A DNA stretch of 64,000 nucleotides from a virus. The position numbers were made by a program, and so were the translations under genes. Positions 27,540 to 36,848 of the stretch are shown in pieces. The notes beneath the pieces are model-generated. The model worked only from the letters and a program-made list of their open reading frames with translations, did no database searches and had not been told where the DNA came from. Location of the stretch: IMG/VR virus record IMGVR_UViG_3300029922_000031, positions 1-64,000 of that record; one strand, given 5' to 3'. The stretch's first letter is position 1. Every line of letters begins with the position of its first letter.

Positions 27540-27955
27540 GCCGCAGAGCCTTTCAGGAGTTCGTTGATGACGCCCGCGTAGCCAGCCTCCGGCGTCGAAA
27601 CAACCACGGTCTCACGCTCAGGAAGAACCTTCTCGTCAGCGCTCGTGACGCGCGAGACGTAGGCGGACTGCTCGCGCTTGCGAAGGTCAGCGCCGTCGGC
27701 TTCCCACCACTTGATCGGGGTCAGATTGGCGGGTGCGTTGTGTTCGCCGATTTCGATCTTCGGCTTACGGCCGAGTTCGCTCTTTTGCTTCTCGACGGTG
27801 ACGTCGATGCCTGCATGCTTGGCTTGCAGGGCGCCGATCGCCTTCCACGAGAGATCGTAGTAGGTTTCGATGATGTCCTGAATGCGATCGCCCGCGGTGG
27901 TCTTGATCGGCACGGAGCGCACCAGCGTCACCGTGTAAAGATCATGAGCCGACAT
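27536..27955 (-). CDS. Hypothetical protein
   Basis: 139-aa ORF, GAGG RBS. Confidence 0.7.
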   Translation of the reverse strand: MSAHDLYTVTLVRSVPIKTTAGDRIQDIIETYYDLSWKAIGALQAKHAGIDVTVEKQKSELGRKPKIEIGEHNAPANLTPIKWWEADGADLRKREQSAYVSRVTSADEKVLPERETVVVSTPEAGYAGVINELLKGSAA

Positions 27956-28016
27956 AATAAACCTCGCTGCTTGATGATGTTCTATAGTAGCGCAATGCTA
28001 TTGCGTTGTCGGGTGG

Positions 28017-29066
28017 TTACGATGCGACGGTCGTTACTGCCGTCATGATCTCTCGACAGGCGTCGATGACTGCGGGGTCGCCGATCGTGTCGTTGATGTA
28101 TTTAGCGATCGATGCCTCAAGACTTGTGATCTTGGCCGGGGCCGAGCCGGTGCGGGCGGAGATGACCTCGCGCGCAACCTGGAACGAGACGCCGGCCGCG
28201 CCCATAGCCCGCAGCTCCTCGCCCATCTGCTTGATCTGCTCGTTGGTCATTTTCAGACCACGAATACGGACGTAGTTACCGTCCACGATCAGCGGAATTT
28301 CCTCGGGGTCGGTGTTCTCGTCGATGTCCACGAAGCTCGGCGCGCGCGAGGCGTTCCAGCGAACGCTCTCGTCGTCGACGATCAGGAAGCCAGCCTTGGC
28401 GGCGACGTCGCTCCAGGTCTGCGGAACAAGAGCGCCGATGGAATAGATGCCATTTTCCAGATACTTATGGTGATGATAATGACCGGACATCACCCGCTTG
28501 AAACCCCACTTCGCGATCTCCTCGATCGACAGTCCGTGATCAGGCACATCGATCAGAACACCGTTGATCCCCGTGTGAAGGATCAGATCGAAGTCTCCGG
28601 TGCTGGTGAGAGAGCTGGCAATGGCGTCGACTGCCGCACGCACTCCATCGGCGCTTGAAATCCACGGCACAAAGACGATGCCCTGACGAACACAGATCTC
28701 TGTAATGACCGTGAAACCCTCGAGTGCTCCAAGCGTCTGAATGGCGTTCCCTAGCTCCGTCGTCTCCTTGCCTTTAAGATCATGGTTCCCGACGATCGCC
28801 TCGATGGAGACACCGCGCGCCAGGATTCGACAGAAAGCCTCGTGAACGGGGTTGAAGACCTCCGGATCGATGCTTCCTCGAACGTGAAAAGTATCACCCG
28901 CAATGATCATCCGAGTTCCGCCGGCTTTCAGCAGCGTGTCCGCGGCTCGTTCTAGCTCGTCGATGGCAATCCGCAGACGCGAGTTGATGCCATCCGCGCT
29001 CGGCTTGGCAAACTGACTCCAACCGTGAAAGTGCATATCGGAGACGACACAGCGAGGATTAAGCAT
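28017..29066 (-). CDS. SbcD/Mre11-like metallophosphoesterase nuclease
   Basis: SDMH, AGDTFH, GNHD, SGHYH. Confidence 0.9.
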   Translation of the reverse strand: MLNPRCVVSDMHFHGWSQFAKPSADGINSRLRIAIDELERAADTLLKAGGTRMIIAGDTFHVRGSIDPEVFNPVHEAFCRILARGVSIEAIVGNHDLKGKETTELGNAIQTLGALEGFTVITEICVRQGIVFVPWISSADGVRAAVDAIASSLTSTGDFDLILHTGINGVLIDVPDHGLSIEEIAKWGFKRVMSGHYHHHKYLENGIYSIGALVPQTWSDVAAKAGFLIVDDESVRWNASRAPSFVDIDENTDPEEIPLIVDGNYVRIRGLKMTNEQIKQMGEELRAMGAAGVSFQVAREVISARTGSAPAKITSLEASIAKYINDTIGDPAVIDACREIMTAVTTVAS

Positions 29067-29586
29067 GAGCCCATCTCTTTCTAGTTGCGATGCCTGAGAT
29101 TGTTTGCTGACTGATACCATATAGTCGGGCTATTTCATGCTGCGGAATACTACCGCACAGTGATCGAATTTCTTTCACTTGGGCGATTGTAACCCGAGCG
29201 TTCCCGTTGCGCTCGCCGCGATTATCTGTGCCATGTCTGTTGCGATCGAGTTGATTTTGCGAGCGCGTACCGTATTCTAGATTGTCGGCGCGGCGATTGA
29301 GACGATCACCATCTTGATGACGAACCTCCTGACCGGGAGGTGTTGGGCCGATAAACGCACGCGCCACAATAATGTGAACGCCAATACGCTTGCGTTGTCC
29401 ATTCTTACTAAGATCAAGCATCGGATAGCCGTGAGTACCCGGCGAGTCGCGTAAGACGATTCCGCGTAACGAAAAGAGCCTGCCGTCCTTGGTTCGCACA
29501 ACGCGATCTAAGCTCTTGACGCGACCGAGGCTCGAGACCTGATAGCGGCCCTCGTAACCCGCAACGTCGCGCCACTCCTCGATCAT
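29059..29586 (-). CDS. Free-standing NUMOD4-HNH homing endonuclease
   Basis: EEWRDVAGYEGRYQVSSLGRVKS; VH...VRHQDGDRLNRRADNLEY. Confidence 0.9.
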   Translation of the reverse strand: MIEEWRDVAGYEGRYQVSSLGRVKSLDRVVRTKDGRLFSLRGIVLRDSPGTHGYPMLDLSKNGQRKRIGVHIIVARAFIGPTPPGQEVRHQDGDRLNRRADNLEYGTRSQNQLDRNRHGTDNRGERNGNARVTIAQVKEIRSLCGSIPQHEIARLYGISQQTISGIATRKRWAHA

Positions 29587-29978
29587 CGGATTGGCCTCGT
29601 CGAGAAGATGGCATCGGGCTTCTTCGCCGCCTTGATGCGAATGGCGTCCTGATTGTTCCAGACGCGGTCGCTCTCGCGATTGATCATCTGAATCGCATCA
29701 AGCCCGTGAACGTCAGCCAGTGACAGAAGCGTCACGCCGACGCCGCCGATCTCCTGAAAGATTTCGCCGGGCTTCTGTCCCCAAACGTGTCTGCCCATCT
29801 CGACGTATTCTTCGAACGTCAGGCCGCAGGCTTGCTGCGTCTCAGCCGACTCCTCGGAGAAGCGCAGAAGCCGCTCCTTCGTATCGCCCATTGAGGCTCG
29901 GCCGAAGACCGTGCGCCCAATGAAGACGACCTTGCGCTGAACATCATCCAGCAGAATCGAAGGAGGCTGGTCGATCAT
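29583..29978 (-). CDS. MazG-like all-alpha NTP pyrophosphohydrolase
   Basis: ERLLRFSEESAE...QEIGGVGVTL. Confidence 0.6.
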   Translation of the reverse strand: MIDQPPSILLDDVQRKVVFIGRTVFGRASMGDTKERLLRFSEESAETQQACGLTFEEYVEMGRHVWGQKPGEIFQEIGGVGVTLLSLADVHGLDAIQMINRESDRVWNNQDAIRIKAAKKPDAIFSTRPIR

Positions 29979-30059
29979 TGTTGGGGCTCCACGTCGCTCG
30001 CTGCCGTCTGTCAGAATTGACTTATCATTTATAGCAGCGAAAGAGCGGGTCTTAAGCGG

Positions 30060-30452
30060 TTATCGTCGCTTCACGATCTTGCCAGGCCGCCGCGCGAACG
30101 AGTGCAGCCCGACACAGCGCTGAATGCCGCCGCGGCCGGGGACGCTCATGATTCTGACCGTCGTGTGGTTCAGAAAGACGGCGATCGGCGCTAGGAAGCG
30201 GTCGCCGGTCTCTCTAACCAGCACGCCGACGTAGCCGACGCCTCGGGACTGCATCTGAATGATGACGTCGTTCTCGACTGCCCAGCAGGCCACGTTCTTG
30301 CGGATAGCCTCGGCAATGTTTCGCTCTTTTGCCCTGTAAATGTCGCCTACGCGACGGGCGGCCAGGTAGACAAGCCGCCCGCCCGAGACCTCATAGATCG
30401 ACCCGAGCGTTCGCCGGCCTTTCTTGATCGGCAGGGCTTTGAGCTTGATCAT
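30060..30452 (-). CDS. Hypothetical basic protein
   Basis: MIKLK start, 130 aa. Confidence 0.65.
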   Translation of the reverse strand: MIKLKALPIKKGRRTLGSIYEVSGGRLVYLAARRVGDIYRAKERNIAEAIRKNVACWAVENDVIIQMQSRGVGYVGVLVRETGDRFLAPIAVFLNHTTVRIMSVPGRGGIQRCVGLHSFARRPGKIVKRR

Positions 30453-30867
30453 TGAACAGCCAAATGCCTTGGCCCCCACGGGCGAAGATGGGTTGGTCGT
30501 AGGGCGCCAAATCCTCGAGCAGCCACGCGAACCGACCGGGGGTCCAGTAGCCGAAAGTTCTCTCCGTCTCGGTCACAGCCGCCATCGATTCCGCAGTCAT
30601 GATCTCGGACGATCGCAAAAGCGCCGTGCCGAGAATACAGCCGCGAGGCAGCTCCGTCAGCGCCGACAAACCCGTCTGCGAATAGGCGTGCTGAAACTCC
30701 TGCCCCATAAGCGCGACAATCTGCTCTTGCTTGATCTGCTTCGTCGCCGCAATCCCAATCCGAGTCCCAATAACGGAGGTGGGCGCCTGCCACGTTCTCG
30801 TCTCGAACTTCTTGAAGCCCTGAATGAGAAGCGTAGCCCACGGTTGCCAAACGCTGATAACCTTCAT
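30391..30867 (-). CDS. ASCH-domain protein
   Basis: ISVWQPWATLLIQGFKKFETRTW...GGQGIW. Confidence 0.88.
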   Translation of the reverse strand: MKVISVWQPWATLLIQGFKKFETRTWQAPTSVIGTRIGIAATKQIKQEQIVALMGQEFQHAYSQTGLSALTELPRGCILGTALLRSSEIMTAESMAAVTETERTFGYWTPGRFAWLLEDLAPYDQPIFARGGQGIWLFNDQAQSPADQERPANARVDL

Positions 30868-30934
30868 CGCGCACCCTCACTGTCCGCTCCCTCGCTGCAA
30901 AACTCAGAGGGGCTGATCCCTCTATAGCGCTCGT

Positions 30935-31354
30935 TTAGAGGCTGTTCACAAAGACCAATGGAAGAAGAACCTCCCGCCAGAAGATCACAGCCAGGAAGAT
31001 GCCGTACTCGATGCCCACCAGCGCTGCGAATGCGGCGAGCTTGTCGCTCCAATGATGGCGCTTTACCGCGCTCTCGGCTCTGCGAGCCCGCTCCAGATAG
31101 ACGTTGTTCGCCGTTTGAAGATCGCTGCACTGACGCAAGGACGCATGGAGCAGCATCTTGAACGTGAGGTTGTCGAACTTGGCGTTGCCCCAAGCGGTCA
31201 CGCTGTCCTGTATGCGAATGCGAGCCGCCGTCAGCTCCTCCTTCAGAGCGACGACTTTGGTTTGATGCTCTTGACCAAGGAGTCGCTCGCTCTCCAGCCA
31301 GGTGATCTTAGCGATCAGTTGGTCGCGAGTGAAGTCGTCGAGGTTCTCGCTCAC
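30935..31354 (-). CDS. Coiled-coil protein with C-terminal TM helix
   Basis: GTGA overlap with recA. Confidence 0.65.
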   Translation of the reverse strand: MSENLDDFTRDQLIAKITWLESERLLGQEHQTKVVALKEELTAARIRIQDSVTAWGNAKFDNLTFKMLLHASLRQCSDLQTANNVYLERARRAESAVKRHHWSDKLAAFAALVGIEYGIFLAVIFWREVLLPLVFVNSL

Positions 31355-32415
31355 GCTACGGCCTCGTCATCTTCGACGACCGCGACGACCGGCGGCTCAT
31401 AAGCCTTCGGCAGAAGGGCAATCAGTTCGTTCCAGGCGCCGGCCTTCTCGAGCTTCTCGGCGAGCGCTGCGGCGTAGTGCTTTACGCCGCCCCAAACGAT
31501 GTAGGCGCCTGCCGTTTCGAGCAGTTTCTCGCGGTTGAGGAAGTCGATCAGCGAGCGATAGTAGGCGAACTTGCCGGTGCCGTCGGGCTGGAACTCGAAG
31601 CGCCAGGTGGCGCCGAGGAACGGCCGCGCGACCTTGTTCTTGATGATCTGCGCGGTGATCTGGGCGCCGAGAACGTCCTTGTCCTTCCTGATCTGCGCCG
31701 AGCCGAGCATGACGCGCTGCGAGGCGTAGAACTTCGGCGCGTCGCCGCCGGGCGTGGTGCGCGGGTCGCCGTAGAGGACGCCGAGCTTGGTGCGAACCTG
31801 ATTGAGGAAGATCGCGCAGATGTTGAGCTCCTCGATATGCTGCGCGAATGCAGGCATTGCCGCCGACGTGGCGCGGGCGAGGGCGGTGTTGTCGTGCATC
31901 GAGCGCTGCTCGGCGGTCTTCTCGACGCCGGTCTTGGCGTCAAAGAGCGCCGTCTGCGGCACCATTGAGGCGAGCGAGTCGAAGCACCAGGCGATCGGCG
32001 CGTGCGGCGAGATCAGCTTCTTCTCGCGAATGTGCTGCGCGGCCAGAACGCAGAGGGCGATCGACGCTTCGAACGTGCGCGGCTTCTTGAACACGAAGCG
32101 GCCAGGCTTGATGTCCAGACCAAGCTTCGGAGCGAGAATGGTCGAGAAGCTCCGCTCGTGGTCGTTGAAGCCGGCGATGCCGCCCTGCTTCTGCGCGTTC
32201 GCCATGATCGCAGTCGCGATCGCTGTCTTGCCAGCCGAGGGTGGGCCGGCGATCTCGATCATGCGGCCGACGGCAGCGCCGCCATCCCAGCGGGAGGCGA
32301 GGGCGTAGTCGAGCTCCGGGTAGCCCGTCGAGAGGAACTGCGTGACGGTCGAGGGATCATCGTTATGGCCGATGATACCGTCGAGTGACTTGGCAATGTC
32401 AGATGCAGAGGTCAA
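31351..32415 (-). CDS. recA: RecA/UvsX-family recombinase
   Basis: GPPSAGKT, FDSLASM, LNQVR.K.GV.YGDP.TTPGG.A.KFYAS. Confidence 0.93.
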   Translation of the reverse strand: MTSASDIAKSLDGIIGHNDDPSTVTQFLSTGYPELDYALASRWDGGAAVGRMIEIAGPPSAGKTAIATAIMANAQKQGGIAGFNDHERSFSTILAPKLGLDIKPGRFVFKKPRTFEASIALCVLAAQHIREKKLISPHAPIAWCFDSLASMVPQTALFDAKTGVEKTAEQRSMHDNTALARATSAAMPAFAQHIEELNICAIFLNQVRTKLGVLYGDPRTTPGGDAPKFYASQRVMLGSAQIRKDKDVLGAQITAQIIKNKVARPFLGATWRFEFQPDGTGKFAYYRSLIDFLNREKLLETAGAYIVWGGVKHYAAALAEKLEKAGAWNELIALLPKAYEPPVVAVVEDDEAVA

Positions 32416-32427
32416 TGAATTGATTCC

Positions 32428-32907
32428 TTATTTGTCCAGAAGAGTGATGCCGGTCTCAGGGTCGAGCTCGGCACCCTTGAGAAGAGGCGACTCGAGCGCG
32501 GCATGAGTGAGCTTGCCGGCCTGCTCGGTGTTCGGGGAGTTCGCTGAGATGCGGCCGGTGGGCTTCTTCCACTCGGGGCGGGGAGGGGCCACAGGAAGCG
32601 CCGCCGGCGCGGCCGGCTGAGTCTGCGGGACGATCGGGGCCGCGTAGTGAACTGCCGGCGCAGCGGCCAATGGAGCGTCCCAGGAGAACTCGCCGGCGGA
32701 GATGATTACGCGGTCCTTGCGCGCCTGCTCCTCGACCTTGGCCAGCGTCGCCCGGAGGAAGCCAAACACCTTCTCGAACTGGTCAGCACCGATCGTGCTG
32801 CCTTCCTTCTCCAGGAGCTTGAGCAGTTCGCCGAGTGATTTCCCGATTGTCTGAACCTGCGCCACGATGGCGCCGGCGCCGACGACCTTTCTCACGCCGC
32901 GGGGCAT
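32428..32907 (-). CDS. Hypothetical protein
   Basis: GGAGG RBS, TGATG overlap. Confidence 0.7.
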   Translation of the reverse strand: MPRGVRKVVGAGAIVAQVQTIGKSLGELLKLLEKEGSTIGADQFEKVFGFLRATLAKVEEQARKDRVIISAGEFSWDAPLAAAPAVHYAAPIVPQTQPAAPAALPVAPPRPEWKKPTGRISANSPNTEQAGKLTHAALESPLLKGAELDPETGITLLDK

Positions 32908-33140
32908 CAGAACACCTCCTCAATGAACTCGATCGCTCCTAAGCCCGCCTTCGGATATGACTTGACAAACTCCACCTCGCGATCGTCCTTCATCTGAACG
33001 ATTCGCAGGAAGTTGACGTCGCCGGTGCTGACGACGTGGAGGTGCCACTCCACCACATCGTTAGCGATCATCCTGCCGCCCAGCATAAGTTGGTAAACGA
33101 ACAGACTCGGCAGCTTTTTCTTCCAGAATTTCCAATTCAC
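32907..33140 (-). CDS. Hypothetical protein
   Basis: AAGGAG + GTG. Confidence 0.6.
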   Translation of the reverse strand: MNWKFWKKKLPSLFVYQLMLGGRMIANDVVEWHLHVVSTGDVNFLRIVQMKDDREVEFVKSYPKAGLGAIEFIEEVF

Positions 33141-34120
33141 GACGTCACTCCTTCGAAGGGTTCGATCCAATTGTCAAAGTCAGTCAGTATTGACTGAAAC
33201 ATCCAAGCCGAACAAAACTCACGAAAGCCTTCCTTGTCCAGCTTTGGTGAGGAGAGTGTCAGTCCATTGGGCTTCGGCGCAAGCCTACTGTCCAAGTTCA
33301 TCAGCATATCGTTACGTCTAAATATATCGTTCTTTTCGACGGACAGCGCGAAATCTTTGAGCTTCTTCGGAAGACTGTCCACATCCAGCGATTTGTCGAG
33401 AACCATATTGAAGAAGTTGGCGACCGAGCCGTACTTGCGAACCAGCTCGATCGCGCCCTTCTCACCGATGCCGCCGACGCCGGGGACTCCATCCGACGTG
33501 TCGCCCATCAGACACTTGACGTCAGCCCACTGGTCGGGCCGGCTGATGCCGACCCACTCGCCGGCGCGCTCGAAGCCCAAGCCGACACTGGCGGTGTTCT
33601 TGTTGTTCTCGCTGAAGGTCTTGAAGCCGATGCGCCGGTCGTTGATCACGTCCATCCATGTGACGCTCGGCCGCACGAGTTGTAGCCAGTCTTTGTCGCC
33701 CGACAGCATGAGAATACGGCGATCGCCGGCGTAGCGCTTAACCAGCATCGCCGCCAGGTCGTCCGCCTCGAGGTTCAAGGCGTGCATTCGCCTGACGCCG
33801 AGCAGGCCGAGCGCCTGGATCAGGAGCTTCTTCTGCGACTTGAAGCCCTTTCGGATCTCCGCGATCTTGAGCTCCTGCTTTGTCTCCGGCTCTTTGTTCC
33901 GTGACGCCTTGTATTCGGGGAAGCGCTCGTAGCGCCAGGATATGCCGTCGGCCAGGCTGATCGGGTTCAGCATGGGGAACGTCGCCAGAATCGAGCGTAG
34001 CCGGCGGATGAAGCCGAATACGACGTGCGTCTCCTGTTCGCCGATCGACAGGCGCTGGGTCGCGGCAGCCGCATGACCCCAGTTGCTTTCATCAATCAGC
34101 ATGAAGCCTTTGCTGCTCAT
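33137..34120 (-). CDS. 5'-3' exonuclease/flap endonuclease (T4 RNase H/PolI-N-like)
   Basis: YKASR, EADDLA, SGDKDWLQL, MGDTSDGVPGVGGIGEK. Confidence 0.92.
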   Translation of the reverse strand: MSSKGFMLIDESNWGHAAAATQRLSIGEQETHVVFGFIRRLRSILATFPMLNPISLADGISWRYERFPEYKASRNKEPETKQELKIAEIRKGFKSQKKLLIQALGLLGVRRMHALNLEADDLAAMLVKRYAGDRRILMLSGDKDWLQLVRPSVTWMDVINDRRIGFKTFSENNKNTASVGLGFERAGEWVGISRPDQWADVKCLMGDTSDGVPGVGGIGEKGAIELVRKYGSVANFFNMVLDKSLDVDSLPKKLKDFALSVEKNDIFRRNDMLMNLDSRLAPKPNGLTLSSPKLDKEGFREFCSAWMFQSILTDFDNWIEPFEGVTS

Positions 34121-34356
34121 TTCAGGAGCTCCCGCGCTTCGCGGATCATCTCCCAGAGAGTCAGTGTCTCGCTGCACAGAAACTCGTCGTCGGTGCAGGC
34201 GAGTACATCGCCTTCGACGTCGTCGTCGCCCGTATTCATCTCGACCTGAGCAGCCTTGACGCGAGCGGCCATCGCCGGATCGTCATCGCCGGGCACGACC
34301 ATGCGCGCCATCTGTTCGACGAAGGCTTGAAGCCTCATTTGAAACGGATTGATCAT
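34117..34356 (-). CDS. Hypothetical protein
   Basis: AAGGACAGCGAC-ATG just after the tRNA. Confidence 0.7.
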   Translation of the reverse strand: MINPFQMRLQAFVEQMARMVVPGDDDPAMAARVKAAQVEMNTGDDDVEGDVLACTDDEFLCSETLTLWEMIREARELLK

Positions 34357-34372
34357 GTCGCTGTCCTTGAAT

Positions 34373-34448
34373 TGGCTCCCAGGGCAGGGCTCGAACCTGC
34401 GACCGCTCGATTAACAGTCGAGCGCTCTACCAACTAAGCTACCTGGAA
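34373..34448 (-). tRNA. tRNA-Asn (GTT)
   Basis: TTCCAGG/CCTGGGA acceptor, D arm, CTCGA-CTGTTAA-TCGAG anticodon arm, GGTTCGAG T loop, encoded CCA. Confidence 0.95.
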
Positions 34449-34549
34449 TAGATCGCTGAAAGAAATTGGGTGGGCGCTACGTGAGACTGTGGATCTCTCG
34501 CGCGCGCCCACCCTATCGACCGTCGGCAGCGACGACGACGGCCTGTTCC

Positions 34550-35626
34550 TTAGATCGCGTCGAGCTCCGCGAGGATCGAATTGACCTCGCTCGGATCGAG
34601 ATCGGTCGACTCTTCCATCGCCGTGCCCGGCGCCGAAGGTGCGGGCTTCTCGACGGCCGCAGTTTTCTCGACGGCCGCAGTCTTGGCCTTCGCCGCCTTC
34701 GCCTTCGCGGCGGCCGCAGTCTTGGCGGCGTCAGCAGCGTCGGCGGCGGCAACCAGTCGGCGCATCTTGTCCATTTCGGACTCGACCGCCACGACGGGCT
34801 CGGCTTCGGTTTCGGTAGCGACGATCTCCTCGGCGATCTTCTCGATCTCCGGATCGACCACCGCTTCGGCGACACGCGCCGACGGACTGGTCAGCAACGC
34901 CGCCGATCTCGGCCCAGCGATCGCAATGCCCGACGTCGAAATGCCGGTCATGTTGACGATGGACGTGATCGCCTTCGTCTCTTCTCCGCGGAAGAACTCG
35001 CGTTCAACCAGGGCGAACAGGTCGACGGCCTTGTCGATCGACGCCTTCGAAACAGGCTTCGCGCTGGGGTGAGGCATGACGGTATATTTGGTGTCGAAGC
35101 CCTTGCCAGTGCGCTCGATGGTGAAGTCGAAGCCCTTCTCGTAGTCGAGAATGTTGCCACTCTCGGCCTCGTATTCGTCGATCATGGAGAGGATCGTACC
35201 GAAAGTGGTCGGCGTCACCTCGAACGGAACCGGATCCTCGGAAGCATCCGGGCCGGAGCGAATGACGGCGTTCAACAGAACGGCCTTCTTCGCCTTCCAT
35301 TCCGTCATCAGCTTGATGTCGTCGTCGGAGACGGCACCCTTGATAGCGCGTTCGACAGCGGCGGCGACAGGACTCGGGGTGCCGTAGACGATGTCGGAGT
35401 TGCCGACGACTGCGACGGGCTTGCCGCCCATCTCGGTCTTGATCCAGTGGACGCCGTACTCGAGCCAGAACTGGCCGGGGACCGCAAGCGGACCCATCGC
35501 CTGGACTGGCAGAATGCGAAGACGGGTCTTGCCCTCCTTCGCCTTCTTGATCTCGTTGGTTCCACGAGAATATTTGTTCTTCGCGCCTTTGATCAGCGCG
35601 AGCATAGCGGGAGACATGGTAGCCAT
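34550..35626 (-). CDS. Single-stranded DNA-binding protein (T4 gp32-like)
   Basis: RLRILP...HW...G.DF.IER.GKG.DTKY.V; Ala-rich linker and acidic tail. Confidence 0.75.
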   Translation of the reverse strand: MATMSPAMLALIKGAKNKYSRGTNEIKKAKEGKTRLRILPVQAMGPLAVPGQFWLEYGVHWIKTEMGGKPVAVVGNSDIVYGTPSPVAAAVERAIKGAVSDDDIKLMTEWKAKKAVLLNAVIRSGPDASEDPVPFEVTPTTFGTILSMIDEYEAESGNILDYEKGFDFTIERTGKGFDTKYTVMPHPSAKPVSKASIDKAVDLFALVEREFFRGEETKAITSIVNMTGISTSGIAIAGPRSAALLTSPSARVAEAVVDPEIEKIAEEIVATETEAEPVVAVESEMDKMRRLVAAADAADAAKTAAAAKAKAAKAKTAAVEKTAAVEKPAPSAPGTAMEESTDLDPSEVNSILAELDAI

Positions 35627-35852
35627 TGTGCTTGGTTCTTTCGTGCTTTTAGAGACTTTGGGTTCTTGCCTCTTCGCGAAGTCGCGAATTAGCTAACTCT
35701 ATTATAGCGAGAAACGAGCGGTCTGACGTGGGAAAAGTAAGTCAGAATTGATGGGTCGCGGTCGGCGGGCTCTATGCGGTTAAATGCCGCGATCTTGCCT
35801 GTTCATGTCGACCCGATCTATGCCAAGCGAGCCGACCGCGAAACTTGGTAGG

Positions 35853-36101
35853 TCAGTCGCGAGGCGGCCAAACCCAATAGCGGGACGACCCGCCGAGCGA
35901 GTCATTCTTGTGAGCGACGGAGCCGGCGTAGAAATCATCGCCGAAGGGCACGAAGACCTTCAGATTGGCGTAGGGGCCGTCAGGGAACACCTGCGCGACC
36001 AGCGCTGCGTAGGGGCCTTTACCCGCACCGTTGTTGGCGTCGTCGAACTTGGCGTCGTCGTAGTAGTGGACGATGCGGCCGACGGTTGCTTTCTGAGTCA
36101 T
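35853..36101 (-). CDS. Small phage protein
   Basis: TVGRIVHY...PYAALV...W.WPPR. Confidence 0.75.
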   Translation of the reverse strand: MTQKATVGRIVHYYDDAKFDDANNGAGKGPYAALVAQVFPDGPYANLKVFVPFGDDFYAGSVAHKNDSLGGSSRYWVWPPRD

Positions 36102-36110
36102 GTTGTTTCC

Positions 36111-36620
36111 TTAGCTGCTCGCACCGGCGAGTCTCGCGGCCACCCGCGAGCCCATCGCCTGCACGCCTTCCTGCGCGACGGACTTGGCCCTCAAGGACAA
36201 CTCGCCCCGCATTTCTTCCCGCTCGGTCGACCCGTGCTGGATCAGCATGTCCTTGCGCTGCCGGAAGGCGTCGACCGCCGTACGGGCAACCGCCTCGACC
36301 TGCTTCGCCTCGTTCAGCGCCAGGCGCAGACTGATGACGACTGGATCACAGTCGACTTCCTTGTCGAGCGTCGCGACGGCGACCTTCTCGCCGGCCGCCG
36401 CGTAGCTGTCCCGCAGCTTGCGGTAAATCTTCGACTTGCCGAGATCCAGGAGAAGCTCGAAGTCATCGACCTGCTTCGCCGCCTGCGACGCCAGCACGCC
36501 GTAGTGAACGTACAGAGAGGCTTGCTGCATCATCGCCGTGCTGAGATCGGCGAGTGAGTAGGCCAGGTCCTTCTTGACCTGGTCCTTGTCGATGAAGTTG
36601 GTGATCTTGCGCGTCGACAT
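36111..36620 (-). CDS. UvsY-like recombination mediator
   Basis: Helical protein with DAFRQRKDML near SSB/RecA. Confidence 0.55.
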   Translation of the reverse strand: MSTRKITNFIDKDQVKKDLAYSLADLSTAMMQQASLYVHYGVLASQAAKQVDDFELLLDLGKSKIYRKLRDSYAAAGEKVAVATLDKEVDCDPVVISLRLALNEAKQVEAVARTAVDAFRQRKDMLIQHGSTEREEMRGELSLRAKSVAQEGVQAMGSRVAARLAGASS

Positions 36621-36681
36621 TTGCTTCTCTGTAAGTCAGCGTTGATCTATGTATAGCACGAAATAAGCGGTTTGCACGCGG

Positions 36682-36837
36682 TCAGTCGTCTTCCTCGTGA
36701 TCGTCCGTGAGAATCTCGACGTTCTTGGACTGACACTGAGGACAGCCGTCGAACTCAAGCTCGCTGAGATCCGCGACGCCACCCTTGCCGCAGTCCACAC
36801 AGCGGAAAGCAACCCATTCGTCATCACCCATAGCCAT
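36682..36837 (-). CDS. 51-aa acidic Zn-ribbon protein (not in ORF track)
   Basis: MAMGDDEWVAFRCVDCG...GCPQCQSKNV...; GGAG RBS. Confidence 0.7.
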   Translation of the reverse strand: MAMGDDEWVAFRCVDCGKGGVADLSELEFDGCPQCQSKNVEILTDDHEEDD

Positions 36838-36848
36838 AATTCACTCCA

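Noticed and set aside
34373-34448. tRNA as an integration (att) site
   Set aside because: No integrase and no duplicated tRNA end in the window; phage genes continue on both sides
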